Shown in pieces: positions 1 through 15,624 of a stretch of DNA of 64,000 bases. The stretch is from assembly GCF_009914755.1 (NCBI RefSeq), contig NC_060938.1. One strand, given 5' to 3'. The translations under genes and the position numbers were made by a program. Numbering within the stretch: position 1 is the stretch's first letter; every line of letters begins with the position of its first letter. This DNA comes from the human T2T-CHM13v2.0 reference genome, Homo sapiens. Under the pieces are notes generated by a model. The model searched no databases, was not told where the DNA came from, and saw only the letters and a list, made by a program, of their open reading frames with translations.

Positions 1-414
1 CATCTTCTCTCTGGGGTCTCGCTCTGGTCTCCTACGTGGAAATGAATGAGAGCCACACGCCTGCGCGTGTAAGACTTTCCCGGCAATGGCGACAGCCACA
101 GGCACTGCCTCCTTCACGGAGAGAGTGCCTGGAACACTCAAGACTCCCACGGAGGTTAAGTTCCACACTCCCCTCCACCCTGCCAGGCCGGTTTCTCCCT
201 GCTGAAGATGCGTGGGAACCCAGAGAGTGGTTTCCAGTTCCCGTGGGATTCCTGGAGAGGTCCAGAAAGCCAGCCCCCAAAACGCGCCCCCCTCACCCCT
301 TCCCCCTCGCCCCCTTCCTCTTCGTGTCTCCGGCCCCACCACCACTATCACCACGCCCTCCCCCCCCAACCTACCACCCCCTGCCCGCAGGCCTCGATGC
401 CCTGGGACACTTCC

Positions 415-1894
<1,480 letters not shown>

Positions 1895-2454
1895 GACCCC
1901 GGGTTGGGACGGGATCGATCGGGGCAGGGCGGTGGCCTCTCTTTCACGGCTAACACCTGGCTGGCTATGGAGGGGTGTGTCTTCCCCCCACACCATCCAC
2001 CAGGCTGACCGGCCTGGGATTCCTGCTTTCTTGGTCTAGGCCCGGTGAGATGCTCCACGCAGCAGAGACCTGCCATTCTTTCTTGGGCATCCCAGGGATC
2101 CCAGAGTCAGCCCAGGTACCAGCAGGTGGGCCGCCTACTGCACACGCGTGTGTTTGCGGGCATCCGCCTCAGCTGTGGGAGCAGCCCGGGCAGACCTCTC
2201 ATGCCTTTCCACCTCCCCACCTGCGCCATACCACCCCCGCCCCACACCTACCCACCACCCCCGGAAAATGCGTCCTCGCCTGGGCTAGGTGGAGACACCC
2301 ATCCCGAGAAACACTGAGCCCGTGCAGCGTCCAGGCCTGACACCCCTCCGGCGGCTCGCCTACTCTGCAACTCTGCGCCACTGTCGCCGGCCCACCCGTG
2401 CACCTGCAGCCTCCCAACTGCCACCATGGAACGCCTGGCAGCGGAACACAGACA

Positions 2455-2700
2455 TCTAGCTCTCTTTGCCGGCCTCCCGGCAAGACCTGTGCTCATTGCT
2501 CACCCCAGCTGACGAGCAAGGGTGCCCGCTGGCCTCTCTGTGCCCTTGTCTGTCTGTGAAATTCCGGCTGAGGCTCTCCCAATTCCTTCTGATGCTCTTT
2601 AGTCAAAGCCTGGAGAATAGTTACAACTCCTGGAGGATCAGTTCAGAAATATGTCACAACGCTCCCTCCCTGCGGAGCCTAGAGAAGATTTGCATCATTT
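2455..2700 (+). other. pLAM/DUX4 exon-3-like segment without ATTAAA
   Basis: AG|ACCTG acceptor at 2484/2485; the PAS-homologous position 2653-2658 reads GTCACA. Confidence 0.8.
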
Positions 2701-5700
2701 GGGTGATCAGTGCAGAGATTTATCACAATGTAACCTGTACAAAAAGCCTGGAAATGATTTACATCACCTCGGTGATCAGTGCATAGATATGTCAGAAATC
2801 CCCAGTAGGCTGAACCTAGACAAGGGTTACATCACTTATTTGATCAGTGTAGAGATATGTGAAAATTCTCTTGTAGACAGAGCCTAGACTAGGGTTACAT
2901 GACCGAGTGATCAGTGCAGGGATAAGTCGTAAAGCCTCCGGAAGGCAGAGTGTAGACAATTGTTTCCTCCCTGGGGTGATCACTGCAGATGTATGTCACA
3001 AAGCCCCTGTAAGCAGAACCTTGACAAGGGTTACATCACCTGTTTGATCAGTGGAAATGTATATCACAAAGCCCCTGTAAGCAAAGCCCAGACAATTGTT
3101 ACATCACCTGGGTGAGCAGTGGACTAATCTGTCACAACGACCCTGTAGGCAGAGCTTTGACAAGTGTTACATCACCTGGGTGATCAGTGCAGAGATATGT
3201 CAAAACACTCCTCTAGGCTGAACCTAGACAGGAGTTACATCACCTGGGTGATCAGCAGAGAGATATGTGAGAATTCCCATGTAGGCAGAGCCTAGACAAG
3301 TGTTACATCACCTAGGTTATCAGTGCAGGTGTAAGTCATAAAGCCTCCTGTAGGCAGAGCGTAGACAAGACTTCCCTCCCCAGGGTGATCAGTGCAGAGA
3401 TGTGTCCCATAGCCCGTGTAGGCAGAGCCTAGAGAAGAGATTTATCACTTGGTTGATCAGTTCAGAGATGAGTCATAATGTCCATGTAGGCAGATCTAAG
3501 ACAAGAGTCCATCACCTGGGTGATCAGTGCAGAGATATGTACAAATGTCCCCTGCAGGCCGTGCCTAGACAAGAGTTGCATCACCTCAGAGATCAGTGCA
3601 TAGATATGTCACAAAGCCTTCTGTAGGCAAAGTCAATAAAAGTCTTACATCACCTAGGTGATCAGTGCAGTGATATGTGACAAAAATCCCTGTAGACAGA
3701 GCCTAGACAAGAGTTATATCACCTGGGTGATCAGTGCAGATATTTGACACAATGCACCCATAGACAGAGCCTAGACAAGACTTCCATCACCTGGGTGATC
3801 AGTGCAGAGATATTTCACAATGCCCCCTGTAGGCAGAGAGTGGACAAGAGTTACATACCCTAGGTGATCTCTGCAGAGGTATGTCAAAACACCCCAGTAG
3901 GCAGAGCCTAGATAAATGTTACATCACCTGGGAGATCAGTGCAGAGATACGTCACAATACCCCCTGTAGAAGGAAACTAGACAAGAGTTACATCACCTGG
4001 GTGATCAGTACAGACATATGTCAGAAAGCCCCTGTAGGCAGAGCCTAAACAAGAGTCACATCTCCTGGGTGATCAGTGCAGAAATATGTCACAAAGCCCC
4101 TGTAGGCCAAGCCTAGACAAGAGTTACATCTCCTGGGTGATCAGTGAAACGATATGTCACAAAGCCCCCTGTAGACAAATCCCAGAAATTTGTTACATCA
4201 CCTGGTTGATCACTGGAGATATGTGTCACAATTCCCCTTTAGGCGCAGCTTACACAAACGTTACATCACATGGGTGATCAGTGCAGAGATATGTCACTAT
4301 GCCCCCATAGGCAGATCCAAGACAAGAGTTCATCACCTGGTTGATCAGTGCAGAAATATGCCGCAATGCCACCAGTAGGCAGATATAGGCAAGAGTTACA
4401 TCACCTGTGTGATCACTGTAGAGATATGCCACAATGCCCCTGTAGGTAGAGCATAGAGAAGAGTTGCATCTCCTGGGTAATCAGTGCAGAGATATGTCAC
4501 AAAGCCACTGTAGGCAGAGCCTAGACAAGAGTTACATCACCTGGGTGATCAGGGCAGAGATATGTCACAATGCCCACTGTAAGCAGATCCCAGACAACAG
4601 TTGCATCACCTCCGTGATCAGTGCACAGATATGTCTCAATGCCCCTTGTCGGCGAAGCCTATACAAGAGTTACAACTTTTCGGTGATCAGTGCAGTGATA
4701 TGTTAAAATGCCCCTGTAGGCAGAGCCTAGACAAGAGTTACATCACCTGGGTGATCAGTGCAGAGATATGTCACAAATCCCACTGTAGGCAAAACCTAGA
4801 CAAGTTTTACATCACCTCAGCGATCAGTTCAGAGATATGTCCCAATGTTCCTCTAGACAGAGGTTAGACAAGAGACACATCTCATGGGTGATCAGTGCAC
4901 TGCTAAGTCACAATGCCCCCATAGGCAGAGCTTAGACAAGAGTTACATAACCCGGATGATCCGTGCAGAGTGAAGTCACAAAGCCCTCTGTAGACAGAGA
5001 CTAGAAAATACTTACATCACCTGGGTGATCAGTGCAGAGATATGTCACAATGCCCCCTGTAGTCAGAGCATAGAGAAGAGTTGCATCTCCTGGATAATCA
5101 GTGCAGAGATATGTCACAAAGCCACTGTAGGTAGAGCCTAGACAAGAGTTACATGACCTAGGTGATCAGTGCAGAGATACATCGCAATGCCTCTTCAGGC
5201 AGAGCCTTGACAAGTGGTGTATCACCTGGGTGATCATTGCAGGGATATGTCACAAAGCACCCTGTAGGCTGATCCTAGAGAAGAGTTATATCACCTGGGT
5301 TATCAGTGCAGAGATATGTCACAATGCCTCCTGAAGGCAGAGCATAGAGAAGAGTTGCATCACATGGGTGATCAGTGCAGAGATATGTCACAATGTCCCC
5401 TGAAGGCAGAGGATAGAGAAGAGTTGCATCACCTTTGTCTTCAGTTCAGGGATATGTGAAAACGCCACTGTAGGCAGAGCGTAGATAAGAGTTACACCAC
5501 CTAGTTGATCCGTGCAGAGATATTTCACAATACCCCCTGTAGGCAGGCCCTAGACAAGAGTTGAATCACCTGGGTGATCAGTGCAGAGATATTTCACAAT
5601 GCCCCCTTTGGGCAGACGGTAGACAAGAGTTACATCACCTAGGTGATCAGTGCAGATATTTGTCAAAATTCCCTGTAGGCAGTGCTTATAAAAGTGTTAC

Positions 5701-7360
5701 ATCACCTAAGTGATCAGTGCAGAGATATGTCACAAAGCTCCTGTAGGCAGAACTTAGATGAGTTACATCACCTGGGTGATCAGTGCAAAGATATGTCACA
5801 AAGCCCCTTTAGGCAAAGCCTAGACAATAGTTACATCACTTTGGTGATCAGTGGCAAGATCACTCACAATTCCCCTGTAGGCAGAGCTTATGCAACAGTT
5901 ATATCACCTGGGTGATCAGTGCAGAGATATGTCGCAATGCCCCCATAGGCAGATACAAGACAAGATTCCATCACCCGCGTGATCAGTGCAGAAATATGTC
6001 ACAATGGCCCCTTAGACAGAGCCTAGGAAAAAGCCCCATCACCTGGATGATCAGTGCAGAGTTCTGTCACAAAGTTCCTTTAGGCAGATCCTAGACAAGA
6101 GTTACATCACTTGGATGATCAGTGCAGAGAAACGTCACAATGCCACTGTAGGCAGAGCCTAGACAAGTGTTACATGACCTAGGTGATCAGTGCAGAGATG
6201 CATCGCAATGCCCCTGTAGGCAGAGCCTTGACAAGTGGTACATCTCCTGGGGGATAATTGCAGGGATATATCACAAAGCACCCTATAGGCAGATCCTAGA
6301 GAAAAGTTATATCACCTGGGTGATCAGTGCAGAGATATGTAACAAGCCCCCTTTAGGCAGAGCCTAGACAAGAGTTATATCACCTGGGTGATAAGTGCAA
6401 TGATATGTCACAATGCCGTGTAGCCAGAGCATAGATTAAAGTTACAGCACCTGGGAGATCAGTGCAGATATATGTCACAATGTCCCCAGAAGGCAGAGAC
6501 CAGGCAAGAGTTGGATCACCTCGGGATCATTGCAGAGATATATCTCAATCTCCCTGTGGGCACAGCCTAGACGAGAGTTACATCACCTCGGTTAACAGTG
6601 CAGAGATATGTCAAAATGTCCCTGTAGGCAGAACCTACACATGTGTTACATCACTAAGGTGATCAGTGGAGAGATATGTCACAATATCCCTGTAAGCAGA
6701 GCCTAGACAATAGTTACATCACCTGAGTGATCAGTGTAGAGATCTGTCACAATGCCCCTTTATGCAGAGCTTAGACCAGAGTGTCATCACCTGGGTGATG
6801 CGTGCAGAGATACGTCAGAATGCCCCCACAGGCAAATCCAAGACAAGAGTCCGTCATCTGGGTGATCAGTGCAGACATATGAGACAATGCCCCCAGTAGG
6901 CAGAGCCTAGAGAAGAGTCCCATCACCTGGGTGTTCAGTGCAGAGATATGTCACAAGTCCCCCTATAGGCAGAGTCTGGACAAGAGTTACATCACCTCGG
7001 TGATCAATGCAGTGATATGTCACTAAGCCCCGTAGGCAGAGCATAGTCAAGCGTTACATCATCTGGTTGATCAGTGCACAGATATGTCACAAAGCCAAAT
7101 ACACAAAGCCTAGACAAGAGTCCCATCACCTGGGTGATCAGTGCAGAAATATGTCACAATGCCCCCATAGGCAGATCCAACACAAGAGTTACATCACCTG
7201 GGTGATCAGTGTAGAGATATGTCACAGTGCCCCCATAGGCAGAGCCTAGACAAAATTCCCTTCACCTGGGTGATCAGTGCAGAGATATGTCACAAAGCCC
7301 CTGTAGGCAGAGCCTAGACAAGAGTTACATCACTTTGTTGATCAGTTCAGAGATGTGTCA
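2601..7360 (+). repeat. Beta-satellite (68-bp Sau3A) array A
   Basis: Tandem 68-69-bp monomers GATCAGTGCAGAGATATGTCACAATGCCCCTGTAGGCAGAGCCTAGACAAGAGTTACATCACCTGGGT. Confidence 0.97.
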
Positions 7361-9800
7361 TGCTGACTGTTTGCTCTGGAGCTCTGCGGGCACCCAGAAA
7401 CATGCAGGGAAGGGACCGGCATGGTGCCTTCGTTCTCCTTGCCAGTTTCCAAACCGGCCACACTGCAGACTCCCCATGTTGCCACACACAGGAAACCATC
7501 GTCAGGCCATCACGCCGGGGAGGCCTCTTCTCTCCGGGGTCTCGCTCTGGTCTCCTACATGGAAATGAATGACAGCCACACGCCTGCATGAGTGAGACTG
7601 TCCCGGTAATGGCGACACCCACAGGCACTGCCTGCTTCACGGAGAGAGGGCCTGGAACACTCAAGACTTCCACGGAGGTTCAGTTCCACACTCCTCTCCA
7701 CACTCCCAGGCCGGTTTCTCCCTGCTGAAGACACGTGGGAGCCCAGAGGGCGGCTTCCAGTTCCCACGGGATTCCTGGAGAGGTCCAGAGAGCCAGCCCT
7801 CGAAACGCGCCCCCCTCACCCCTTCCCCCTCGCCCCCTTCCTCTTCGTCTCTCTGGCCCCACCACCACCATCACCACGCCCTCCACCCCCACCCCACCAA
7901 CCCCCGGCCGCAGGCCTCGAGGCCCTGTGAACCTTCCAGGGTGGGCGTGCTGTCCCATCGCTCACCGCCATTCATGAGGGAGTGGAGCCTGCCTGCCTGT
8001 GGGCCTTTATAGGAGCTGCTGGCTGGCTGTCCGGGCAGGCCTCCTGGCTGCACCTGCCGCAGTGCACAGGACGGCTGAGGTGCATGGGAGCCCGCCGACC
8101 TCTCTCTGCCCGTGTTTGTCCGTGATATTCTGACCGAGGCTCTGCTTGATGGCCCTCCCGATGCCTTCGGACCGCACCCTCACCGTGAAAGCCCGGGGAC
8201 AGGGATGGCGAAGGAGACTCGTTTGGACCCTGAGCCAAAACAATGCCCTGCGAGCCTGCTTTGTGCAGAACCCGTAACCGGGCATCGCCACCAGAGAACG
8301 GCTGGCAGGTGTTCAGTGCAACGTGGTCACCGGGGGATGTCACCCTGCTCCCTCGTGGGTTGCCTTCGCCCACACCGGCGCGTGGGGAACGGGGATTCTC
8401 GCACCCCACGTGCCCTGCGTGCCTGGGGCTCTCCCATAGGGGGCTTCGGTGAGCCATGGAGCAAGGGCCATCCCCATGCTCCAGCCCAGCAAGGCCATGC
8501 CGGCAGACGGGATCTCCCAACCTGACTCGGCACTTGGGGATTTTGCCTACACCGCCCCCGCTCTTTCGGAAGGGGCGCTCTCCCACCCTCAGGATCCTCG
8601 GTGGCCTCCGCACATGGTCAAAAGCCGGGAGGACCGGGACCAGCAGCGCGATGGCCTGCCGGGCCCTTGCGCTTTGGGACAGCCTGGGCCCACTCAAGCG
8701 GGGACACAGGGCCAAGGTGTGCTTGCATCACCCGCATCCCAGGGGAGTCCGTGGTTGGGCTGGGGCCGGGGTCCCCAGGTCGCCGGGGCGGCGTGGGAAC
8801 CCCAAGCCGGAGCAGCTCCACCTCGCCAGCCTGTGCCCCTGGAGGCCTCCGCGCAGCAGGGGCAGATGCAATGCATCCCAGCGCCCTCCCAGGCGCTCCA
8901 GGAGCTGGGGAGCTCGTCTGCACTCCCCTCCGGCCTGCTGCTGGATGAGTTTTTGGCGAACCCGGAGTTTCTGCAGCAGGCGCAACCTTTCCTAGAAACA
9001 GAGGCCCCGGGGGAGCTGGAGGCCTTGGAGGGGTCGCCTCGCTGGAAGCACCCCTCAGCGAGGAAGAATACTGGGCTCTGCTGGAGGAGCTTTAGTACAC
9101 GGGGTTGGAACCGGGTCGGGTCCGTGCAGGGCGGTGGCCTCTCTTTCGCGGGGAATACCTGCCTGGCTATGGAGGGGCGTGTCTTCCCCCCGCCCCATCC
9201 ACTGGGCTGACTGGCCTGGGATTCCTGCTTTCTAGGTCTAGGCCCGGTGAGAGGCTCTGCACAGTGGAGAACTGCCATTCTTTCCTGGGCATACCGGGGA
9301 TCCCAGAGGCGGCCAAGGTACCAGCAGGTGGGCCACCTACTGCGCACACACAGGTTTGCGGGCAGCCACCTGGGCTGTGGGAGCAACCCGGGCAGAGCTC
9401 TCATGCCTGTCCACCAACACCACTGCCTGACCAACCCCAACCCACTCCCACCCCACATCCCCGGAAAATGCGTCCTCCCCTTGGCTGGGTGGAGACCCCC
9501 GTCCCACGAAACACCGGGCCCGTACAGCGTCTAGGCCTGACACCCCTCCGGGGGCTTGCCTCCTCTAAGCCTCTGCACCACTGTCGCCTGCCCGCCCGTG
9601 CCCCTGCAGCCACCCAGCTGCCACCATGGAGCGCCTGGTGATGGAACGCAGACCTCTAGCTCTCTTTGCCAGACTCCTGGCTAGACCTGCGCTCATTGAG
9701 CACCCCGGCTGACGTGCAAGGGAGACCGCTGGCTTCTCTGTGCCCTTGTCCGTCAGTGAAATTCCGGCTGAGGCTCTCCCAACACCTTCCGACGCTCTTT
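7361..9800 (+). repeat. D4Z4-like/LSAU unit U2
   Basis: Starts at the shared junction GATGTGTCA|TGCTGACTG; TATAG 8008-8012; KpnI 9317-9322; pLAM-like end. Confidence 0.95.
8149..9095 (+). pseudogene. DUX4L: DUX4-like pseudogene (U2) with a 321-bp homeobox deletion
   Basis: ATG8149; TAA 8275; in-frame deletion at about 8306; TAG 8437; 1-nt deletion near 9030; C-terminal [20 protein letters not shown] retained. Confidence 0.92.
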
Positions 9801-12800
9801 AGTCAAAGCCTGGAGAATAGTTACATCTCCTGGAAGATCGGTTCAGAAATATGTCACAATGCCCACTCAGTGTGGAGCCTAGAGAAGATTTGCATCATTT
9901 GTGTGATCAGCACAGAGATATATCACAATGTCCCCTGAACAAAAAGACTGGAAATGATTTACATCAACTCGGTGATCAGTGCATACGTATGTCAGATATC
10001 CCCAGTAGGCTGAAGCTAGACAAGGGTTGCATCATTTAGGTGATCAGTGTAGAGATATGTGAAAATTCCCATGTAGATAGAGCCTAGACAAGTGTTACAT
10101 CACCTAGTGATCAGTGCAGGGATAAGTCGTAAAGCCTCCTTTAAGCAGAGTGTAGACAAGTGTTTCCTCCCTGGGGTGATCAGTGCAGAGATATGTCCCA
10201 AAGGCCCTGTAAACAGAACCTTGACAAGAGTTACATAACTTGTTTGATCAGTGGAAATGTATATCACAAAGCCCCCTGTAGGCAAAGCAAAGACAATTGT
10301 TACATCACCTGGGTGAAGAGTGGAGAGATCTGTCAGAGTGCCCCTGTAGGCAGAGGTTAGACAAGGGTTACATCACCTGGGTGATCAGTGCAGAGATATG
10401 TCAAAACGCTCCTGTAGGCTGAACCTAGACAGGAGTTACATCACCCGGGTCATCTGTGCAGAGATATGTGAGAATTCCCCTGTAGGCAGAGCCTAGACAA
10501 TTGTTACATCACGTAGGTTATCAGAGCAGGTATAAGTCATAAAGTCTCCTGTAGGCAGAGCGTAGACAAGAGTTCCCTCCCCAGGGTGATCAGTGCAGAA
10601 ATGTGTCACAAAGCCCCTGTAGGCAGAGCCTAGACAAGAGTTTCATCACTTGGTTGATCAGTTCAGAGATGTGTCACAATGTTCATGTAGGCAGAACTAA
10701 GACAAGAGTCCATCACCTGGGTGATCAGGGCAGAGATATGTACCAATGTCCCCTGTAGGCAGTGTCTAGATAAGATTTGCATGACCTCAGAGATCAGTGC
10801 ATAGATATGTCACAAAGACTTCTGTAGGCAAAGCCCATACAAGGCTTACATCACCTAGGTGATCAGTGCAGTGATATGTCACAAAAATCCCTGTAGACAG
10901 AGCCTAGAAAAGAGTTACATCACCTGGGTGATCAGTGCAGAAATTTGACACAATTCCCCCATAAAAAGAGCCTAGACAAGACTTACATCACCTGGGAGAT
11001 CAGTGCAGAGATATGTCACAAATACCCCTCTAGGCAGAGTATAGAGAAGAGTCCCATCACCTGGGCGATCAGTGCAGAGATATTTCACAATGCCCCCTGT
11101 AGGCAGAGAGTGGACAAGTGTTACATAACCTAGGTGATCTGTGCAGAGCTATGTCAAAACGCCCCAGTAGGCAGAGCCTAGATAAATGTTACATCACCTG
11201 GGTGATCAGTGCAGAGATACGTCACAATACACCCTGTAGGTGGAGCCTAAACAATAGTTACATCACCTGGGTAATCAGTGCAGAGATACGTCAAAATAAC
11301 CCCTGTAGGCAGAGCCAAAGCAATAGATACATCTCCTGGATGATCAGTGCAGAAATATGTCACAAAGTCCCTGTAGGCTGAGCCTAGACAAGAGTTACAT
11401 CTCCTGGGTGATCAGTGCAAAGATATGTCACAAAGCCCCCTGTAGACAAATCCCAGAAAATTGTTACATCACCTGGGTGATCAGTGGAGATGGGTGTCAC
11501 AATTCCACTTTAGGCGCAGCTTAGACAAGCGTTACATCACATGAGTGATCAGTGCAGAGATACGTCACTATTCCCCCAAAGGCAGATCCAAGACAAGAGT
11601 ACATCACCTGGGTGATCAGTGCAAAAATATGCCACAATGCCGCCAGTAGGCAGATATAGACAACAGTTACATCACCTGCGTGATCACTGCAGAGATATGT
11701 CACAATGCCCCTGTAGGCAGAGCCTAGACAAGAGTCCTTTCACCTGGGTGATCAGTGCAGAGTTATGTCACAATGCCCCCTTTTGGCAGAGCCTAGACAA
11801 GGGTTACATCACCTGGGTGATCAGTGCAGAGATGTGTCACAAGCCCCCTGTAGCCAGAGCCTAGACGAGAGCTAGACAAGAGCCTAGACAAGAGCCTAGA
11901 CACAGCTGTGTGATCAGTGCAGTGACATGTCACAATGTCCCTATAGCCATATCCTTGACAAAAGTGACATCACCTGGGTGATCAGGGCGGAGATATGTCA
12001 CAATGTCTACAGTAGGCAGAGCCTAGAAAAGAATTACATCACCTGGGTGATCAGGGCAGAGATATGTCATAAATCCCACTGTAGGCAAAGCCTTTACAAG
12101 TTTTACATCACCTCACCATTCAGTGCAGAGATATGTCCCAATTTCCCTCTAGGCAGAGCATAGACAATAGTCACATCTCCTGGGTGATCAGTGCAGAGAT
12201 AAGTCACAATGCCCAAATAGGCAGAGCCTAGACAAGAGTTACGTAACCCGGGTGATCCGTGCAGAGTGATGTCACAACGCTCTCTGTAGGCAGAGACTAG
12301 AAAAGAGTTACGTCACCTGGTTGATCAGTGCAGAGATATGTCACATTTCCCCCTCTAGGCAGAGTATACAGATGAGTCCCATCACCTGAGTCATCAGTGC
12401 AGAGATAATGCACAATGCCCCCTGTAGGCAGAGAGTGGACCAGAGTTACATAACATAGGTGATCTGTGCAGAACTATGTCAAAACGCCCCTGTAGGCAGA
12501 GCCTAGATAAATGTTACATCACCTGGATGATCAGTTCAGATATACGTCCCAATACCCCCTGTAGGTGCAGCCTAGACAAGAGTTACATCACCTGGGTGAT
12601 CAGTGCAGTGATACGTCCCAATAGCCCCTGTAGGTGGAGCCTAGAGAAGAGTTACATCACCTGGGTGATCAGTACAGATATATGTCACAAAGCCCCTGCA
12701 GGCAGAGCCTAAACAAGAGTTACATTACCTGGGTGATCAGTGCCGAAATATGTCACAAAGTCCCTGTAGTCCGAGCCTAGACAAGAGTTGTTACATCTCC

Positions 12801-13061
12801 TTGGTGATCAGTGCAAAGATATGTCACAAAGCCCCCTGTAGAGAAATCCCAGAAAATTGTTACATCACCTGGGTGATCAGTGGACATATCTGTCACAATT
12901 CCCCTTTAGGTGCAGCTTAGACCAGCATTAAATCACATGAGTGATCAGTGCAGAGATATGTCACTATGCCGCCATAGGATGATCCAAGACAAGTGTCCAT
13001 CACCTGGGTGATCAGTGCAGATATATGCCACAATGCCTCCAGTAGGCAGATATAGACAAGA
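9801..13061 (+). repeat. Beta-satellite array B
   Basis: 68-bp monomers; ends abruptly at the orientation switch. Confidence 0.97.
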
Positions 13062-13184
13062 GCACCCGGGACAGGCTGGCAGGGCGCTACCGCAGGCAGG
13101 GGGCCTGTGCAATGCGGCCCCCGGAGGGTGTCACCCTGCTCCCTCTTAGGTGGCCTTCGCCCACATTGGCTCGTGGGGAACGGG
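13062..13184 (+). other. Isolated fragment of DUX4-like coding sequence (post-HD2) at the inversion junction
   Basis: GCACCCGGGACAGGCTGGCAGGG...GTGGGGAACGGG on +, between + satellite and the - strand unit. Confidence 0.85.

Positions 13185-15624
<2,440 letters not shown>

Noticed and set aside
280-385. G-quadruplex/i-motif-prone C tracts upstream of promoters and in intron 2
   Set aside because: A known D4Z4 property and not specific to this window; mentioned only for the 13185 breakpoint.
2601-7360. CRISPR-like appearance (palindromic core repeated at fixed spacing)
   Set aside because: The intervening sequence is homologous between units rather than unique spacers, no cas genes are present, and the monomer is the known beta-satellite.
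7361-9800. Cassette as an autonomous transposon or processed retrocopy
   Set aside because: No terminal inverted repeats, LTRs, poly(A) tail, target-site duplications or transposase; introns are retained and flanking monomers are co-duplicated.
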